Below are positions 9,540 to 20,364 of a stretch of DNA of 64,000 nucleotides, one piece after another. The position numbers and the translations under genes are program-made. The DNA is from a virus: IMG/VR virus record IMGVR_UViG_3300017763_004709, positions 11,829 through 75,828 of that record; one strand, given 5' to 3'. The notes beneath the pieces are model-generated. The model was not told the origin of the DNA and searched no databases. It worked only from the letters and a program-made list of their open reading frames with translations. How positions within the stretch are numbered: the first letter of the stretch is position 1; each line of letters opens with the position of its first letter.

Positions 9540-10505
9540 TTATTTTATACCTAACTCTTTAAATTGATTTATAATAGGTTGTTTATCTTCTATTTTTATA
9601 TAAGATAAGTACTCTTCTAATTCCTCTACTAAGCTTTTATTTCTAAGATCCAGTTTAGAATCTTCTGTGGGTTGTATAGCTATTTTTTTATCTATTAAGT
9701 CTGAGTTCTCTATTTTAGATACTTCATCTATAGACCCTGTAATTTCATATATTACATGGTCATACTCATGAGGAATTATGTCTTTTTGTTTAGATACTGT
9801 TTTTCTAATTAATTTAGGAAGCTTTAAATCTACAAACTCTCGTGAATAGTTTTGAGAGTCTATACAGTTAAATATATCTATACCATACTGTCGTTTAAAA
9901 TCTCTATCGAAGTGAGTATTTAAAGGGCTGCCAGGATAGTAAGCACTATAATCTTTGTACTTATGATTAAAATGCAAGTCTCCTAGTAGTATTAAAGGCC
10001 ATTCTCTTAATTGTTCAAAATCAAACTCTTCACTTACATGAGGAGGGACTTCTCCTCTTATATGTGTTACTAAAATATCATCCTTTACATACTTAGGTAT
10101 ATTACCTATTTGCATCTCCCCGTAAGGAAAAAACTGAAACCATTTGTTATGGGAAGAGTATCTAGCATTTTTTGTTACTATTTTTACTTTGGTGTTAGTT
10201 ATAGCATTATCTTGATTAAAGTACTCTAAAAAGGTCTCTCCTTTTTTAGTGGCTTCATGGTTTCCAGGTATTATAAAAGTATCTATAGTTACTGAGTTAA
10301 TATAACTAAGAAATAAACAAATCTCATCAGGTTCCGGTTTTTTATCAAAAACATCTCCTGCTATAATATGAACGTCACAAGAAGATTCAAGCTCACGTAA
10401 CTTTTGAAACATGAGCTTAAATCTATTTTCTTGCCAAGCATATGGCACTTTCTTTTTTCTTAATAGTATATGCCAGTCTGCGCTGGAAAGAATTTTAACC
10501 GCCAT
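9540..10505 (-). CDS. SbcD/Mre11-like nuclease (T5 D12-like)
   Basis: ADWH, AGDVFD, PGNHE, GDLH, YPGSP. Confidence 0.93.
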   Translation of the reverse strand: MAVKILSSADWHILLRKKKVPYAWQENRFKLMFQKLRELESSCDVHIIAGDVFDKKPEPDEICLFLSYINSVTIDTFIIPGNHEATKKGETFLEYFNQDNAITNTKVKIVTKNARYSSHNKWFQFFPYGEMQIGNIPKYVKDDILVTHIRGEVPPHVSEEFDFEQLREWPLILLGDLHFNHKYKDYSAYYPGSPLNTHFDRDFKRQYGIDIFNCIDSQNYSREFVDLKLPKLIRKTVSKQKDIIPHEYDHVIYEITGSIDEVSKIENSDLIDKKIAIQPTEDSKLDLRNKSLVEELEEYLSYIKIEDKQPIINQFKELGIK

Positions 10506-11508
10506 AATTAAATATTTTGTTTAAGTTTCCTTGAAAAGTAAAAGAACCAACATGATTAAGCTTAGTATTGGGGTCTACCCATATCTTACCCCCTAAAGCT
10601 TGCCATCTCCTACAAAAAGTATAGTCCTCAGATAAATACCTATTATCTTTAGGATCATGTATTGTATCAAATAGAGAATAACAGTACTTATTAAACTTTG
10701 GATCTATAGAGCTATCGTTCTTATAAAATAAATCTGGATAGGCTTCAAACATAGCTTTAACTACTTCTTTTTTTATAATAAAAAATCCTGTAGAAGCATC
10801 TAACACTTCTACGGCGCCATCTGAACTAGCTACTTTTTTAGTTTCTCTGTTTTCAAACTTTAAATTTATAGCATACTCAGCCCCAAAAGTTGCAGGATCT
10901 TCTTCTTTTCTTTCTACTGCTCTACTAACTCCTGCCCAGTCTACTGTTTTCTTTGGGTAAGCTGCAGCAGTTATATTCTTATTCATAGCTAACATTCTTA
11001 ATACTGAATCCGCCTCGAATTCTATATCAGCATCAATAAACATTAAATGAGTAGCTGACTCATCTGCCATAAACATAGCTGTTAATATATTTCTAGCTCT
11101 AGTTACTAAGCTTTCATTTCTTAAGGTTGTAATTCTAAAATTAATACCGTTTTGAATCATAGCTTGAGACAGCTTAAACATACTTAAAAAATATTGATCT
11201 GTAACCATTCCTCCATAACAAGGGGTAGCAAAGAATATATTCATTTTTTTAAGCTCTTCAGAGTCTAACTTTACTTGTTGAGGCCCTACCTGATTAAAAT
11301 ATGCTTTTCCGTCTTCAGGTATTTTTACCCCTTCTAAAGAGGGATTACCTATTCCCTTAGGAGTAGATAGCTCTTTAAAAGCTTTAGCATCGATAGATGT
11401 TTCTGATTGAGATTCTTTAGGTTTGTTATTAGCCTCAGAAGAAGTTTTAGGGGAGCTGGAAGGCTCCCCTTTACTACCTGAGTACTCAGATAATTTTCTT
11501 TTAGTCAT
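10495..11508 (-). CDS. GT-A fold glycosyltransferase-like protein with low-complexity N-terminus
   Basis: FATPCYGG, ESLVTRARN, FIDADI (DxD), SEDYTFC..W, HVG. Confidence 0.75.
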   Translation of the reverse strand: MTKRKLSEYSGSKGEPSSSPKTSSEANNKPKESQSETSIDAKAFKELSTPKGIGNPSLEGVKIPEDGKAYFNQVGPQQVKLDSEELKKMNIFFATPCYGGMVTDQYFLSMFKLSQAMIQNGINFRITTLRNESLVTRARNILTAMFMADESATHLMFIDADIEFEADSVLRMLAMNKNITAAAYPKKTVDWAGVSRAVERKEEDPATFGAEYAINLKFENRETKKVASSDGAVEVLDASTGFFIIKKEVVKAMFEAYPDLFYKNDSSIDPKFNKYCYSLFDTIHDPKDNRYLSEDYTFCRRWQALGGKIWVDPNTKLNHVGSFTFQGNLNKIFNYGG

Positions 11509-12176
11509 TAAATATCTTCCATTCTTTCATCATCGTCTACTCTTAAATCAGCAGCTACTGCTTCTGAAAAATAGGCGGTATTACGAAGTAAAAATTCTTT
11601 TTGAGCTTCATAGGTTGGACGTTTGAAGATTTTCTCTAGCTCAAAAAGTTCAGCATTTTTTTCTTCTTCTGTAAGAGGTACAGTTCTTCTAGAAGGGATA
11701 CAAGTATATTTTACATTCATAACTTGTGGTCCAGTTTTTTCTTTCTTGATAGTAATGTCATATCCTTCTTCTGTGTCTGAAGGATTACCGTACTCTGGGT
11801 TCATAGCATAATCTAAGATTTGTCTATAAATAGTAGGTTTAAGATCGAATAGCTTAATAGTACCATCTTTTCTATCTACTGCATTACATACATAAGAGAA
11901 TACAGGTTTATCTTGATAAATATCAGGATCAATTTCTTTTACAGGATCAATGCCTTCCTGCTCTTGAAAGGTTTCATTTTCTCTTACGAAACTTAGACAC
12001 TCGATAGGAGTTCTTTTACCTTCGTTATTGGTTACCCAATAAACAAAACGAGGCATCACGTCTCCAATTAATCTAAGTTTATTTTCTCCTTCTGTGAGCT
12101 TAATACGCTCAATATTTCTATTCCCCCCGCTATTATTTGCAGGTTGTACTTTTAAGTTTGTCCATTGTAAGGCCAT
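11508..12176 (-). CDS. single-stranded DNA-binding protein (T5 D11-like)
   Basis: GEN.LRLIG..MPRFVYW, IECLSF, GYDI...K.KTGP...NV.Y; acidic tail; synteny. Confidence 0.8.
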   Translation of the reverse strand: MALQWTNLKVQPANNSGGNRNIERIKLTEGENKLRLIGDVMPRFVYWVTNNEGKRTPIECLSFVRENETFQEQEGIDPVKEIDPDIYQDKPVFSYVCNAVDRKDGTIKLFDLKPTIYRQILDYAMNPEYGNPSDTEEGYDITIKKEKTGPQVMNVKYTCIPSRRTVPLTEEEKNAELFELEKIFKRPTYEAQKEFLLRNTAYFSEAVAADLRVDDDERMEDI

Positions 12177-12177
12177 A

Positions 12178-12615
12178 TTATTTCTCCAATATAAGTTTTA
12201 TTTTCCGATCAGAATGGTTTATAAGAGGATTTTTATGATATTTTGTATCTACAAAATAATCAGGCAAAAATCTATTTTTATTATCTAAACTTCTCTGACC
12301 AAGGATATGTAGGTAATCGCTTTTGATATTACTAGGAAGAGAATAGTGTAACCATGAACCGTTTGTCATATAACACTGAGGCTCTTCTATTGTAAATCTA
12401 GAGACGATTTTATCAGGATATTTATCAAAATATCCTTTAGTAATAAGAAATTGTGGAAAGTTATCTATTTTTAACTTTTCTTTTAAGTTATAAAAGTTAT
12501 TAGATATTATTTTATTAGGTCCTATAGCTACGGCAAAGGTTAATAAAACTTCTGCATCTTTAATATTTTTAGCAGCTTTTTTTATTTCTAATATATTTAA
12601 TAGTATACGCTTCAT
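12178..12615 (-). CDS. hypothetical protein between D10 and D11 homologues
   Basis: ORF, synteny with the T5-like module. Confidence 0.6.
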   Translation of the reverse strand: MKRILLNILEIKKAAKNIKDAEVLLTFAVAIGPNKIISNNFYNLKEKLKIDNFPQFLITKGYFDKYPDKIVSRFTIEEPQCYMTNGSWLHYSLPSNIKSDYLHILGQRSLDNKNRFLPDYFVDTKYHKNPLINHSDRKIKLILEK

Positions 12616-12632
12616 GAGACCTGCTGTCAATA

Positions 12633-13940
12633 TTAATTTGAATTTATATGAAATTGTTGCTTATCATACCATTGTAATCTTTTTTCTTGCATGTTTTTTA
12701 CTATAGGTCCTCGTAGCCAAAAGTCTACAATGAGAGGAAATTTCTTTTCCTCGTGTTCTCTTACTATCCTACCTATTCTCTGTTCTAGTTTAGCATAGTT
12801 ATTTTGAGGACAGGTAAAGAATATAGTATCTAATCTATGACAAGATATTCCTTCATCAAATATTTTTGTACTTAGTATAGCACTAATAGACTTACCAGCA
12901 TTTTCTAATATATATTCTCTATCCGAATTTTTAGTTGCGCCTACTAAAAGCCTAGACCCTTCTAACTTTTCATGTATACCGTTGAGCATATCAATTCGTT
13001 CACTTACTATTAATATACATCTACCTAGTGCTATTTTTCTTCTAGCTGTATCGCATATTAAATCTATATAGTTGTCGTTTCTTGCTAAAGTATTTAGAGC
13101 TAATGCCCAGTCTCTAGCAGGATTTCTTATTCTAAAATTAATATCTGTACGTACAACCTCTACGGAGGGGGTAAGACGTGCTTTATCTATTGCAGTTATT
13201 CTGTTAGGACCAAAGTAGTCAGATAATACTATATGCATACCATCTTTTCTAGTTGGGGTAGCAGATAAGGCTATTTTAGTTCTGGCACTTAACCCGTTGA
13301 CTACTTTGCTAAACATTTCAGCAGGGCATAAATGTGCTTCATCTACTAACACTACTTCAAAATTATTTTTTAGCGTGTCTAGATGATTTATAAGAGTTTT
13401 ATATATAGCTACTGTAATATCTTTTACCTGTAGTTTACCATCGCCAATAAACCCTATATCTTCTCCAGGTATTAATTCTTTTAAAGAGTCATACCACTGA
13501 TATGCTAATAGTTTAGTATGTACTATAATAACGGTAGGTTTAGAATTATTAGCTATCAAATAACAACCAAGAAAAGTTTTACCCCAACCACAAGGAGCTT
13601 TTATAAGACCGTTATACAGTCTTTCATTTTTATATATTTTATTAGCTACTTGTTGCTGTTCTGTTTTTAGCCTGCCTTTAAATTTCCAGTTTCTTCTATT
13701 AAAAAGAGGTCTATTATCTACCACATTTTTAAAGTCTATTTTATAAAAAGACCCTGAAGGTATAGAATGAGTATATTCTCCTTCTTCAGGAAATTGAAAA
13801 GTAGTAGCAAATTCATCACCTATTTTATAGTGAAAATGATCATAAAATATATCATCTACTTCTTGTTCTAAATCTTCTTTTTTGAAATAGATTTTATCTG
13901 AGATTGTAGCATTTTTTAAAACAAATTTAGTATAGCTCAT
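12633..13940 (-). CDS. superfamily 2 helicase (T5 D10-like)
   Basis: APCGWGKT, DEAH, SAT, EQRIGR. Confidence 0.93.
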   Translation of the reverse strand: MSYTKFVLKNATISDKIYFKKEDLEQEVDDIFYDHFHYKIGDEFATTFQFPEEGEYTHSIPSGSFYKIDFKNVVDNRPLFNRRNWKFKGRLKTEQQQVANKIYKNERLYNGLIKAPCGWGKTFLGCYLIANNSKPTVIIVHTKLLAYQWYDSLKELIPGEDIGFIGDGKLQVKDITVAIYKTLINHLDTLKNNFEVVLVDEAHLCPAEMFSKVVNGLSARTKIALSATPTRKDGMHIVLSDYFGPNRITAIDKARLTPSVEVVRTDINFRIRNPARDWALALNTLARNDNYIDLICDTARRKIALGRCILIVSERIDMLNGIHEKLEGSRLLVGATKNSDREYILENAGKSISAILSTKIFDEGISCHRLDTIFFTCPQNNYAKLEQRIGRIVREHEEKKFPLIVDFWLRGPIVKNMQEKRLQWYDKQQFHINSN

Positions 13941-14461
13941 AATCTTATTCTATCCTTTTTATTATAGAAAGCGCTAAATTCATAAATATGCCAACAAAAA
14001 TCTATGTAGACTAATCCTGCCCATAAGTTTTTTAAATTTTCAATATTAAGTAAAAATTTAGGTAGCTCAAAAGGGTGACTTATATCTTCTACCCAAAAAG
14101 CAGTTTCTTTTACTTTTATTATTTTTCTATAACTCATTTTATAGTGCTTATAGTAGTTATCGAAGTAGTGGGTATTTAAATTACTATCATAACCCCATTT
14201 ACTTTTACTAAGAAGTAGCGCACTTAAATTTGTACAAGTATAATCGTATTTTATAGTATAGTTATTAATACTATTTAAGTACTCTAACCTCTTTAAGTAG
14301 TTATTATTAGACATATTATCCCAGCTATCTACTAATAGTAAACTATCAGAAGAGATAAAATCCTTTTTAATAAATAACTTTTTATCTCTAAATATCTCAT
14401 CTACAGGAGAATTTTTTAAAGTAAATATAGGATATTTTATATTATAAAACTTACTTCTCAT
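13937..14461 (-). CDS. hypothetical protein
   Basis: ORF coupled to neighbours. Confidence 0.6.
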   Translation of the reverse strand: MRSKFYNIKYPIFTLKNSPVDEIFRDKKLFIKKDFISSDSLLLVDSWDNMSNNNYLKRLEYLNSINNYTIKYDYTCTNLSALLLSKSKWGYDSNLNTHYFDNYYKHYKMSYRKIIKVKETAFWVEDISHPFELPKFLLNIENLKNLWAGLVYIDFCWHIYEFSAFYNKKDRIRL

Positions 14462-15092
14462 AGCCTCTTAGTCTTAACCAATTATTTAGTCTGCTGTTAT
14501 GCTTATAGTTTTTTTCAGATATATAGTTTTTAAAGTTTGTGTGCTCTAGATTAATATGATTATGATGATACATAGTAATAGGATCTTGCTCACCGATAGT
14601 TAACTTATTTGATATTAGTATATTCTTTTGTATACTATTACTATCAGATAGCTCATCTAATATATACTTAGGCAGTAGTAAATTTAAATATCTAACTATT
14701 TTGTAAATCGCTCTATCTATATTTAATATATCATACTCATACCTAAGACTGAGTACTTTTAAATCTTCTTTTATAGCTTTATCAAATACTAAGTGATCAT
14801 AGTCTAGTAAAAAGTCAAACCAATCTTTAAAGGTATTTACATTAAATTGCTTATAGGACCACTCGCAGAATTCTTCTTCCGTTAAGTTTCTTTTTCTCAT
14901 AATAGAAGCAGTTATAGATCTTAAATCTCTATAGGAATATATATTAAAGTCTGTAGAGCATACAGGATATGTTATCCATTTCTCATGACACTTTTTTACA
15001 TTTGTAACTATAAATCTCTTATTGATTAACTGTTTACAGATATTAAAAGAAACAGTAGTGCCGCTTCTATAAAGCCCGTTTACATATATCAT
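14451..15092 (-). CDS. sulfotransferase-family protein
   Basis: G.YRSGTT 5'-PSB loop, KCH, YRD.R...AS 3'-PB motif, LRYE. Confidence 0.75.
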   Translation of the reverse strand: MIYVNGLYRSGTTVSFNICKQLINKRFIVTNVKKCHEKWITYPVCSTDFNIYSYRDLRSITASIMRKRNLTEEEFCEWSYKQFNVNTFKDWFDFLLDYDHLVFDKAIKEDLKVLSLRYEYDILNIDRAIYKIVRYLNLLLPKYILDELSDSNSIQKNILISNKLTIGEQDPITMYHHNHINLEHTNFKNYISEKNYKHNSRLNNWLRLRGYEK

Positions 15093-17344
15093 CGATAGTC
15101 TTTAAGCTCCCCCCAACTAGGACCTACTTCAATATCTACTTTAATAGGCTTGCCCTCAATAAACACGCCTCTATCTTTTTGTAAGTTCAAAGCTAAGTTA
15201 TCTGCGTAAATATCTATATAGTCTTCTCTAACCTCTGCGATAGTAGAATCATGTACTGTAGCAAAAATTCTAATATTATCTTGGTGCTGATTATCTTGTA
15301 CCCATTTAACAGTGTCTACAATACCCAGTAAGTTAATATCTGACGCAACACTTTGAATTAAAAAGTTCAGGCCGGACCGCTCTGCATGAGCAGCTACCCC
15401 TCTAGAATCAGCTCCTGCTTCTGGAAGACGTCTTTTACGTCCGAATGCACTATAAGTAAAATGATTTTCTTTAATAAAAGAAATATTACCATCAATCCAT
15501 CTTTTTAAATCTTTTGCTTGAGTAAAATACAACTTGATAAAGCGCTTAGCTTCTTCAATAGATACATTAGCAGTTTCTGCAATTTTAGAAGGGCCAGCAC
15601 CATATAAAATACCAAAGGTAATAGCTTTTGCATTTTGTCTTTCAGCAGCATATAAATTTTTTACTTCGTCAATCTCACAAGGAAGTTTAAACATGCTGTG
15701 AGCTACGTAAGAGTGAAAATCTAATTCTTCTACAAAAGCTCGCTGTAAAAAAGAGTCTTCAGCTAGCGCAGCAGCTACATATACTTCTGCTGTTCCTAAA
15801 TCCGCTTGTACTATTTTAAATCCTGGAGAGGCTTTAAAAAACTTTTTAATACCTGAGTCTTTATCTCTAGGAAGATTTTGGTAATTAAGAACTCCAGAAG
15901 ACGATAGACGCCCTGCAGCAGTTCCAATAATGTTAAAGCTAGAACGAAGTCTATTATCTGCGTCTACTCCGTTCTTAATATTTTTAATATAAGTTGTAGA
16001 AAGTTTTACTTTCTTACGGAGATCAAGGATAGCATCTGCAAGAGGATTATTCATTTCAGAAAGTACTTCTGCATCTGTAGATTTAGCACCTGTTGCAGTC
16101 TTCTTAGTAGAAGGAAGCTTTAATATGTTAAATAGCACCTCTCGTAGATGAAAAGTACTGTTAGGATTAAAAGTCTTTTTTTCTTGTTCCTCAAAAATTT
16201 TAATAGCAGGGTGCATAGATATTTCAGCCATACACTCTTCAATATCAATTTTAAAATCTTCTTCAATATCAGTTAGTACTTGAAGCTCAATAGGGCCTCC
16301 AGTATCTTCTAAATACATAAGAGCCTCAGTAGCAGGTTTTAATAATTCTTTGTATACATAAGAAAATTTAGAGTTCTTATCTATTAAAGGTTTAAACTTA
16401 TCATAAAGCTGAAAAGTAGCATCAGCGTCTTTACAAGCATAAGGAGATAAAATATCTAAAGGTAGCATACCATAATTAAAATCTGCCAGTAAGATTTTAT
16501 TTTTTCTACAAAACTCTTTCTTATAGTCATGTAAATCTTTGTCATAATCTCCTAAGTCAGTGAATTTCATAGCTAGTTGTTTTAGACCATGAGAGCCTAC
16601 CGTTTCATCTAAACAATAGTGCATAAGAATAGTATCTTCAAACTTTGGAAACTCAAACTTTAATGCTTGATACATAAATTGTACATCAAACTTAGCATTA
16701 TGTAGTACAATAGTTTTATCTATAAACATTTGTTTTACTTCGTCATAGAACTCTTCTACCACATCACAAGCTACAAAAATACCTTGATGAGAACGGGCAG
16801 ACATAGCTATACCAATAATAGAACCTTTTCTAGCAGATAGCGCAGTAGTTTCAATATCTACAACTAAAGTATCGGCTTTTTTAAACTGCTCTAGGTAAGG
16901 CAAAAACTCTTCTGAAGTACTAATATAAGCGTAGTCTTTTTCGTATACTAAAGGCTGCTCTCCTGCTAGAACACTTCTTACTTTGTCAAAACATTTTTGC
17001 AGCTCTAATCTGTACTGAGGTTTAATAGATAGCATATTAGGATCAATAATAGGTATATACTTCTCTTCTACTATCTGACCTGCATACTTAAGTATGCCTG
17101 TAAGTCCTGAAGTATATTTTAAAGATTCTGCACCTACAGGACAGATAATATCATACTCATCTAGCGTAGTTAAATCTAGATCTACATTTTTCTTTAGAAT
17201 TTTTTCTAAAGGTTCAGAGGATAGGTATTTTACTTCAAAATCAATTCCTTTAGAGAAAGATTTTAATTTTGATACTGTATCTGCTTTTAAAGGGCTACTA
17301 ATAACTAACGCTACTTTTAAATCTTTACTCATACTCTTCTCCAA
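15089..17344 (-). CDS. family A DNA polymerase with 3'-5' exonuclease
   Basis: DIETT, HNAKFD, YACKDAD, GRLSS, RQNAKAITFGILYG, TVHDS. Confidence 0.96.
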   Translation of the reverse strand: MEKSMSKDLKVALVISSPLKADTVSKLKSFSKGIDFEVKYLSSEPLEKILKKNVDLDLTTLDEYDIICPVGAESLKYTSGLTGILKYAGQIVEEKYIPIIDPNMLSIKPQYRLELQKCFDKVRSVLAGEQPLVYEKDYAYISTSEEFLPYLEQFKKADTLVVDIETTALSARKGSIIGIAMSARSHQGIFVACDVVEEFYDEVKQMFIDKTIVLHNAKFDVQFMYQALKFEFPKFEDTILMHYCLDETVGSHGLKQLAMKFTDLGDYDKDLHDYKKEFCRKNKILLADFNYGMLPLDILSPYACKDADATFQLYDKFKPLIDKNSKFSYVYKELLKPATEALMYLEDTGGPIELQVLTDIEEDFKIDIEECMAEISMHPAIKIFEEQEKKTFNPNSTFHLREVLFNILKLPSTKKTATGAKSTDAEVLSEMNNPLADAILDLRKKVKLSTTYIKNIKNGVDADNRLRSSFNIIGTAAGRLSSSGVLNYQNLPRDKDSGIKKFFKASPGFKIVQADLGTAEVYVAAALAEDSFLQRAFVEELDFHSYVAHSMFKLPCEIDEVKNLYAAERQNAKAITFGILYGAGPSKIAETANVSIEEAKRFIKLYFTQAKDLKRWIDGNISFIKENHFTYSAFGRKRRLPEAGADSRGVAAHAERSGLNFLIQSVASDINLLGIVDTVKWVQDNQHQDNIRIFATVHDSTIAEVREDYIDIYADNLALNLQKDRGVFIEGKPIKVDIEVGPSWGELKDYR

Positions 17345-18206
17345 ATAATTTCATTAATTCTGATTTACTTAAGTCTCCAGCATCTCTACCTTCAGGGGGT
17401 TGAACAATAATAGTTTCTATGTCCCTAGCTTCTAGCAGTGCAGTAATATTTTCTGCAGCTTTATTGCCGCTTATATCATTATCCATAAATATAGTAACCC
17501 TGGTACACCCTAAGTTATCTATCATAGATGCTTTTTCCTTACGAAAATTGTTTGTTCCAAAAATACAAACTGTATTTTTATATCCGTGTTGCCATAAGTT
17601 TAACATATCAAATAACCCTTCAACAAGTATTAAGTGACTTTTATCTGTTATTTTGTCTATAGGAAATAATAAATCACTAGTAGAAGCGTTTGAGGGTTTT
17701 CTCATATATCTTGGACTCTGTGTTTTTACATTTAATATTTTATACCTTCCTTCTATAAACCTAAGCTTTCCTTGTTGATAGACAGGAAAACATAAATAGT
17801 CTACTAATCCTAGTTGTCCAGTAGTAAAACTTTCAAACTCTTTCATTACAGAGCCGCTTACGCCTTTAAAGTCTAGAGTAAAGTTTATCTTATCTGAAGG
17901 CAATATTATGTCCATTCCAAAAAACTTAGAATGAAGTTTATTTTTTAGTTTTTTAATCTTATAAGTCTGTTTAGTTTCTATCTCTACAGAAGAATCTTCT
18001 CCAATAGCTTTTAGCAGTTTTTTATAGCTTCCTCCAAACCCACAAGAAAAACAATTAAATACGTTTTTATCTAAGTTAAATCTCATACTAGGGTTAGAGT
18101 CTTCGTGCAGACCACTAACACATTTAATAAGAATTTCTTCACTATGGTTAGGATTATTTGCGTACTCAATTTGTTTCTTATCTAATATAGAGTATATATC
18201 ATGCAT
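17325..18206 (-). CDS. DNA primase
   Basis: C..H.D.NPS..CFSC zinc-binding domain; VEGLFD and DND Toprim. Confidence 0.92.
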   Translation of the reverse strand: MHDIYSILDKKQIEYANNPNHSEEILIKCVSGLHEDSNPSMRFNLDKNVFNCFSCGFGGSYKKLLKAIGEDSSVEIETKQTYKIKKLKNKLHSKFFGMDIILPSDKINFTLDFKGVSGSVMKEFESFTTGQLGLVDYLCFPVYQQGKLRFIEGRYKILNVKTQSPRYMRKPSNASTSDLLFPIDKITDKSHLILVEGLFDMLNLWQHGYKNTVCIFGTNNFRKEKASMIDNLGCTRVTIFMDNDISGNKAAENITALLEARDIETIIVQPPEGRDAGDLSKSELMKLFGEEYE

Positions 18207-19582
18207 TAACCTAAATCCCTGCCTTGCTCTTTACTATCGTCTCCGTACTTGTTTAGTATTCTTCCACCAATAGCTTTAGACTTATTGGAGTCTATTCGTA
18301 GACAGTCCCAATCCATGTGCACATTAAACTTTATAGCTTTACCGTTTCTAATCTTAGCTACTTCAAAAGGCAAAGCAGTAGGATCTTCCGATAAATCACT
18401 AGGCATAAATCTAAAACTTTTATCAGCACTATCAAGAACGCCTTTAGCAAATCTAGCTTCTCCTGATGCATCAATTTGATATGGAGATATCATAATAACT
18501 TTATACTTTCTTGCAAGAGTTTTTAGAGAGTCAGATATATTAATTTGACTTTTCCAATCCATACGGTCTTCAACTTTTACAATATTTAAGTAGTCAATAA
18601 CACACATTTTAATATCATGCTTAGTAGTCATCATATTTAGATAGTGATCTATTCTAGCCAGACTTAATTGTACGTCATCAATAATATGGAAACGATTATC
18701 TTTAAAAGGGACAACACCTCTTTTAAGTTCTTGATCAAAATTATTAAAGCTACCAGAGGTTAATAAATTACTGTATATAGAGTCAGATGCCTCACCTGGT
18801 TTATAAAAAGTATCTAATTTACTTTTAGCTATAGAAAACTTTTGATCTTTAGTTAAATTATTAAGCATAAAGTCACTAAAAGGTACTCCACTAATCATAC
18901 TCATAAGACGATAGTATACTTCTACGTATCGCATCTCAATACTCATGAACATTACAGAATTATTAAGTAGGAAGTTATTTAAAGCCATATTTAGAGTAAT
19001 AATAGATTTACCTGAGCCTCTTCTACCTCCAAAAAGTACTAGTTCTTCTAAGCCGAAACCTCCATTTGCAGCATCAAAGTCTGTACTTAGACCACTAGGA
19101 AACATAACAAAATTATCTTCTTGAGGTACTGTTTCAATAGTTGCTACATCAAACAGTTCTTCTCCTTCTGGAATAAATTTTTGTACAGACAGTACATGTT
19201 CTTGTATTTTGTCTATGATCTCAGTTTGTTCTAAATTCTCTAAGTCATCTATAAATTTATCAATAAAACCAATAGTCTCTTCTCTTATATAATAATCTTG
19301 TAATTGAGAAGAAATGAAGTTAGAGTCAATAGAAGTTTCACCTTCTAAAGTAATATCTATCAATTCTGAACGTAAGTAAGCTTTTGAGCTTTCTTGCTTT
19401 TGTATTTCATAGAACTCCTGCATAGAAGGAATTCTTAAGTTTTTAGTATAGAAATTGTTAATTTTTCTAAACAGCACAAGATTATTACCTGTGAAATATT
19501 TATTCACAAGTTTATTGAAAAAATCAGGGCTCTGAGTTGTTAATAGCCTTTTCAAGGCCAACTTTTGTAAATCTACTGACAT
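18206..19582 (-). CDS. DnaB-like replicative helicase (T5 D6-like)
   Basis: GGRRGSGKS, SIEM, IDYLN, SPYQ, K.RNG. Confidence 0.92.
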   Translation of the reverse strand: MSVDLQKLALKRLLTTQSPDFFNKLVNKYFTGNNLVLFRKINNFYTKNLRIPSMQEFYEIQKQESSKAYLRSELIDITLEGETSIDSNFISSQLQDYYIREETIGFIDKFIDDLENLEQTEIIDKIQEHVLSVQKFIPEGEELFDVATIETVPQEDNFVMFPSGLSTDFDAANGGFGLEELVLFGGRRGSGKSIITLNMALNNFLLNNSVMFMSIEMRYVEVYYRLMSMISGVPFSDFMLNNLTKDQKFSIAKSKLDTFYKPGEASDSIYSNLLTSGSFNNFDQELKRGVVPFKDNRFHIIDDVQLSLARIDHYLNMMTTKHDIKMCVIDYLNIVKVEDRMDWKSQINISDSLKTLARKYKVIMISPYQIDASGEARFAKGVLDSADKSFRFMPSDLSEDPTALPFEVAKIRNGKAIKFNVHMDWDCLRIDSNKSKAIGGRILNKYGDDSKEQGRDLG

Positions 19583-20338
19583 CTATTTTTTAATTACCGG
19601 AAATAATTCATGACGAGGAACAAACATTCTTTGGTGAGAGTAATCACCTTCTATCCATAAAAGATAGCTTTCTCTTCCATAGTCCTCAATGTGTTTTAAT
19701 ACAGATTTAATATGATTTTTTAAAGAAGGAAGTTTCCAAGTTACTCCGTCTTCTAAAATCCAATAAATATTAAAGTGTACGTCTTCTACAGGTTCTTTGT
19801 GCTTCTTATAATCAAAAGGAGTAAGCTCTACATATTTCTGTACTCCTTGCTGTAAATATTCTATGTATTCTTCATCCATAGTTTTTTCTATGACAGCAAA
19901 ACAATTAGTAGGAGCATGAAATACTTTATCCCCCTTAGAAAATCTAATATCTAAGTCTTGAATAACATGATCTGTTTGAGCTGGAGCACTCTTTTTTCTA
20001 GAACGAATAGGCACTCCTAGTTCTAGTAAAAAAGATTTTACTTTTTGAGAAGATATATAATTTCTCTTTGCTATGCCGCTTACGCTATCTCCATCTTGAT
20101 AGTCTTTAGCCATAGTAGTTTTTTCTGCATTAGTAAACTCTTTAGTTTTAGCAGCTTTTTTAAGTCGAAGAGTTCTCTCTTCTTTTTCTAAAAAGTCATT
20201 AATAATATTATCTAATCTTTTAGTGTTATATGCGATACCTAAATGTTCACAAATAGCCTTCTTAGTTTTTTTACTTTTAATCATCCAAAGAGCTTGACGT
20301 ATTTTTGCTTCTGGAATTTCTATATTTTTAATAACCAT
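19583..20338 (-). CDS. T5 D2-like DNA-binding protein
   Basis: TKKAICEHLG and Y..GDS...IA.RNY.S...VKS.L resemble T5 D2 as recalled. Confidence 0.7.
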   Translation of the reverse strand: MVIKNIEIPEAKIRQALWMIKSKKTKKAICEHLGIAYNTKRLDNIINDFLEKEERTLRLKKAAKTKEFTNAEKTTMAKDYQDGDSVSGIAKRNYISSQKVKSFLLELGVPIRSRKKSAPAQTDHVIQDLDIRFSKGDKVFHAPTNCFAVIEKTMDEEYIEYLQQGVQKYVELTPFDYKKHKEPVEDVHFNIYWILEDGVTWKLPSLKNHIKSVLKHIEDYGRESYLLWIEGDYSHQRMFVPRHELFPVIKK

Positions 20339-20364
20339 TTAAGCCTCCATATTAACTTAATACC

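Noticed and set aside
4246-19582. Introns or inteins in nrdA, nrdB, polymerase or helicase
   Set aside because: Uninterrupted ORFs of normal length with no splicing or homing-endonuclease motifs
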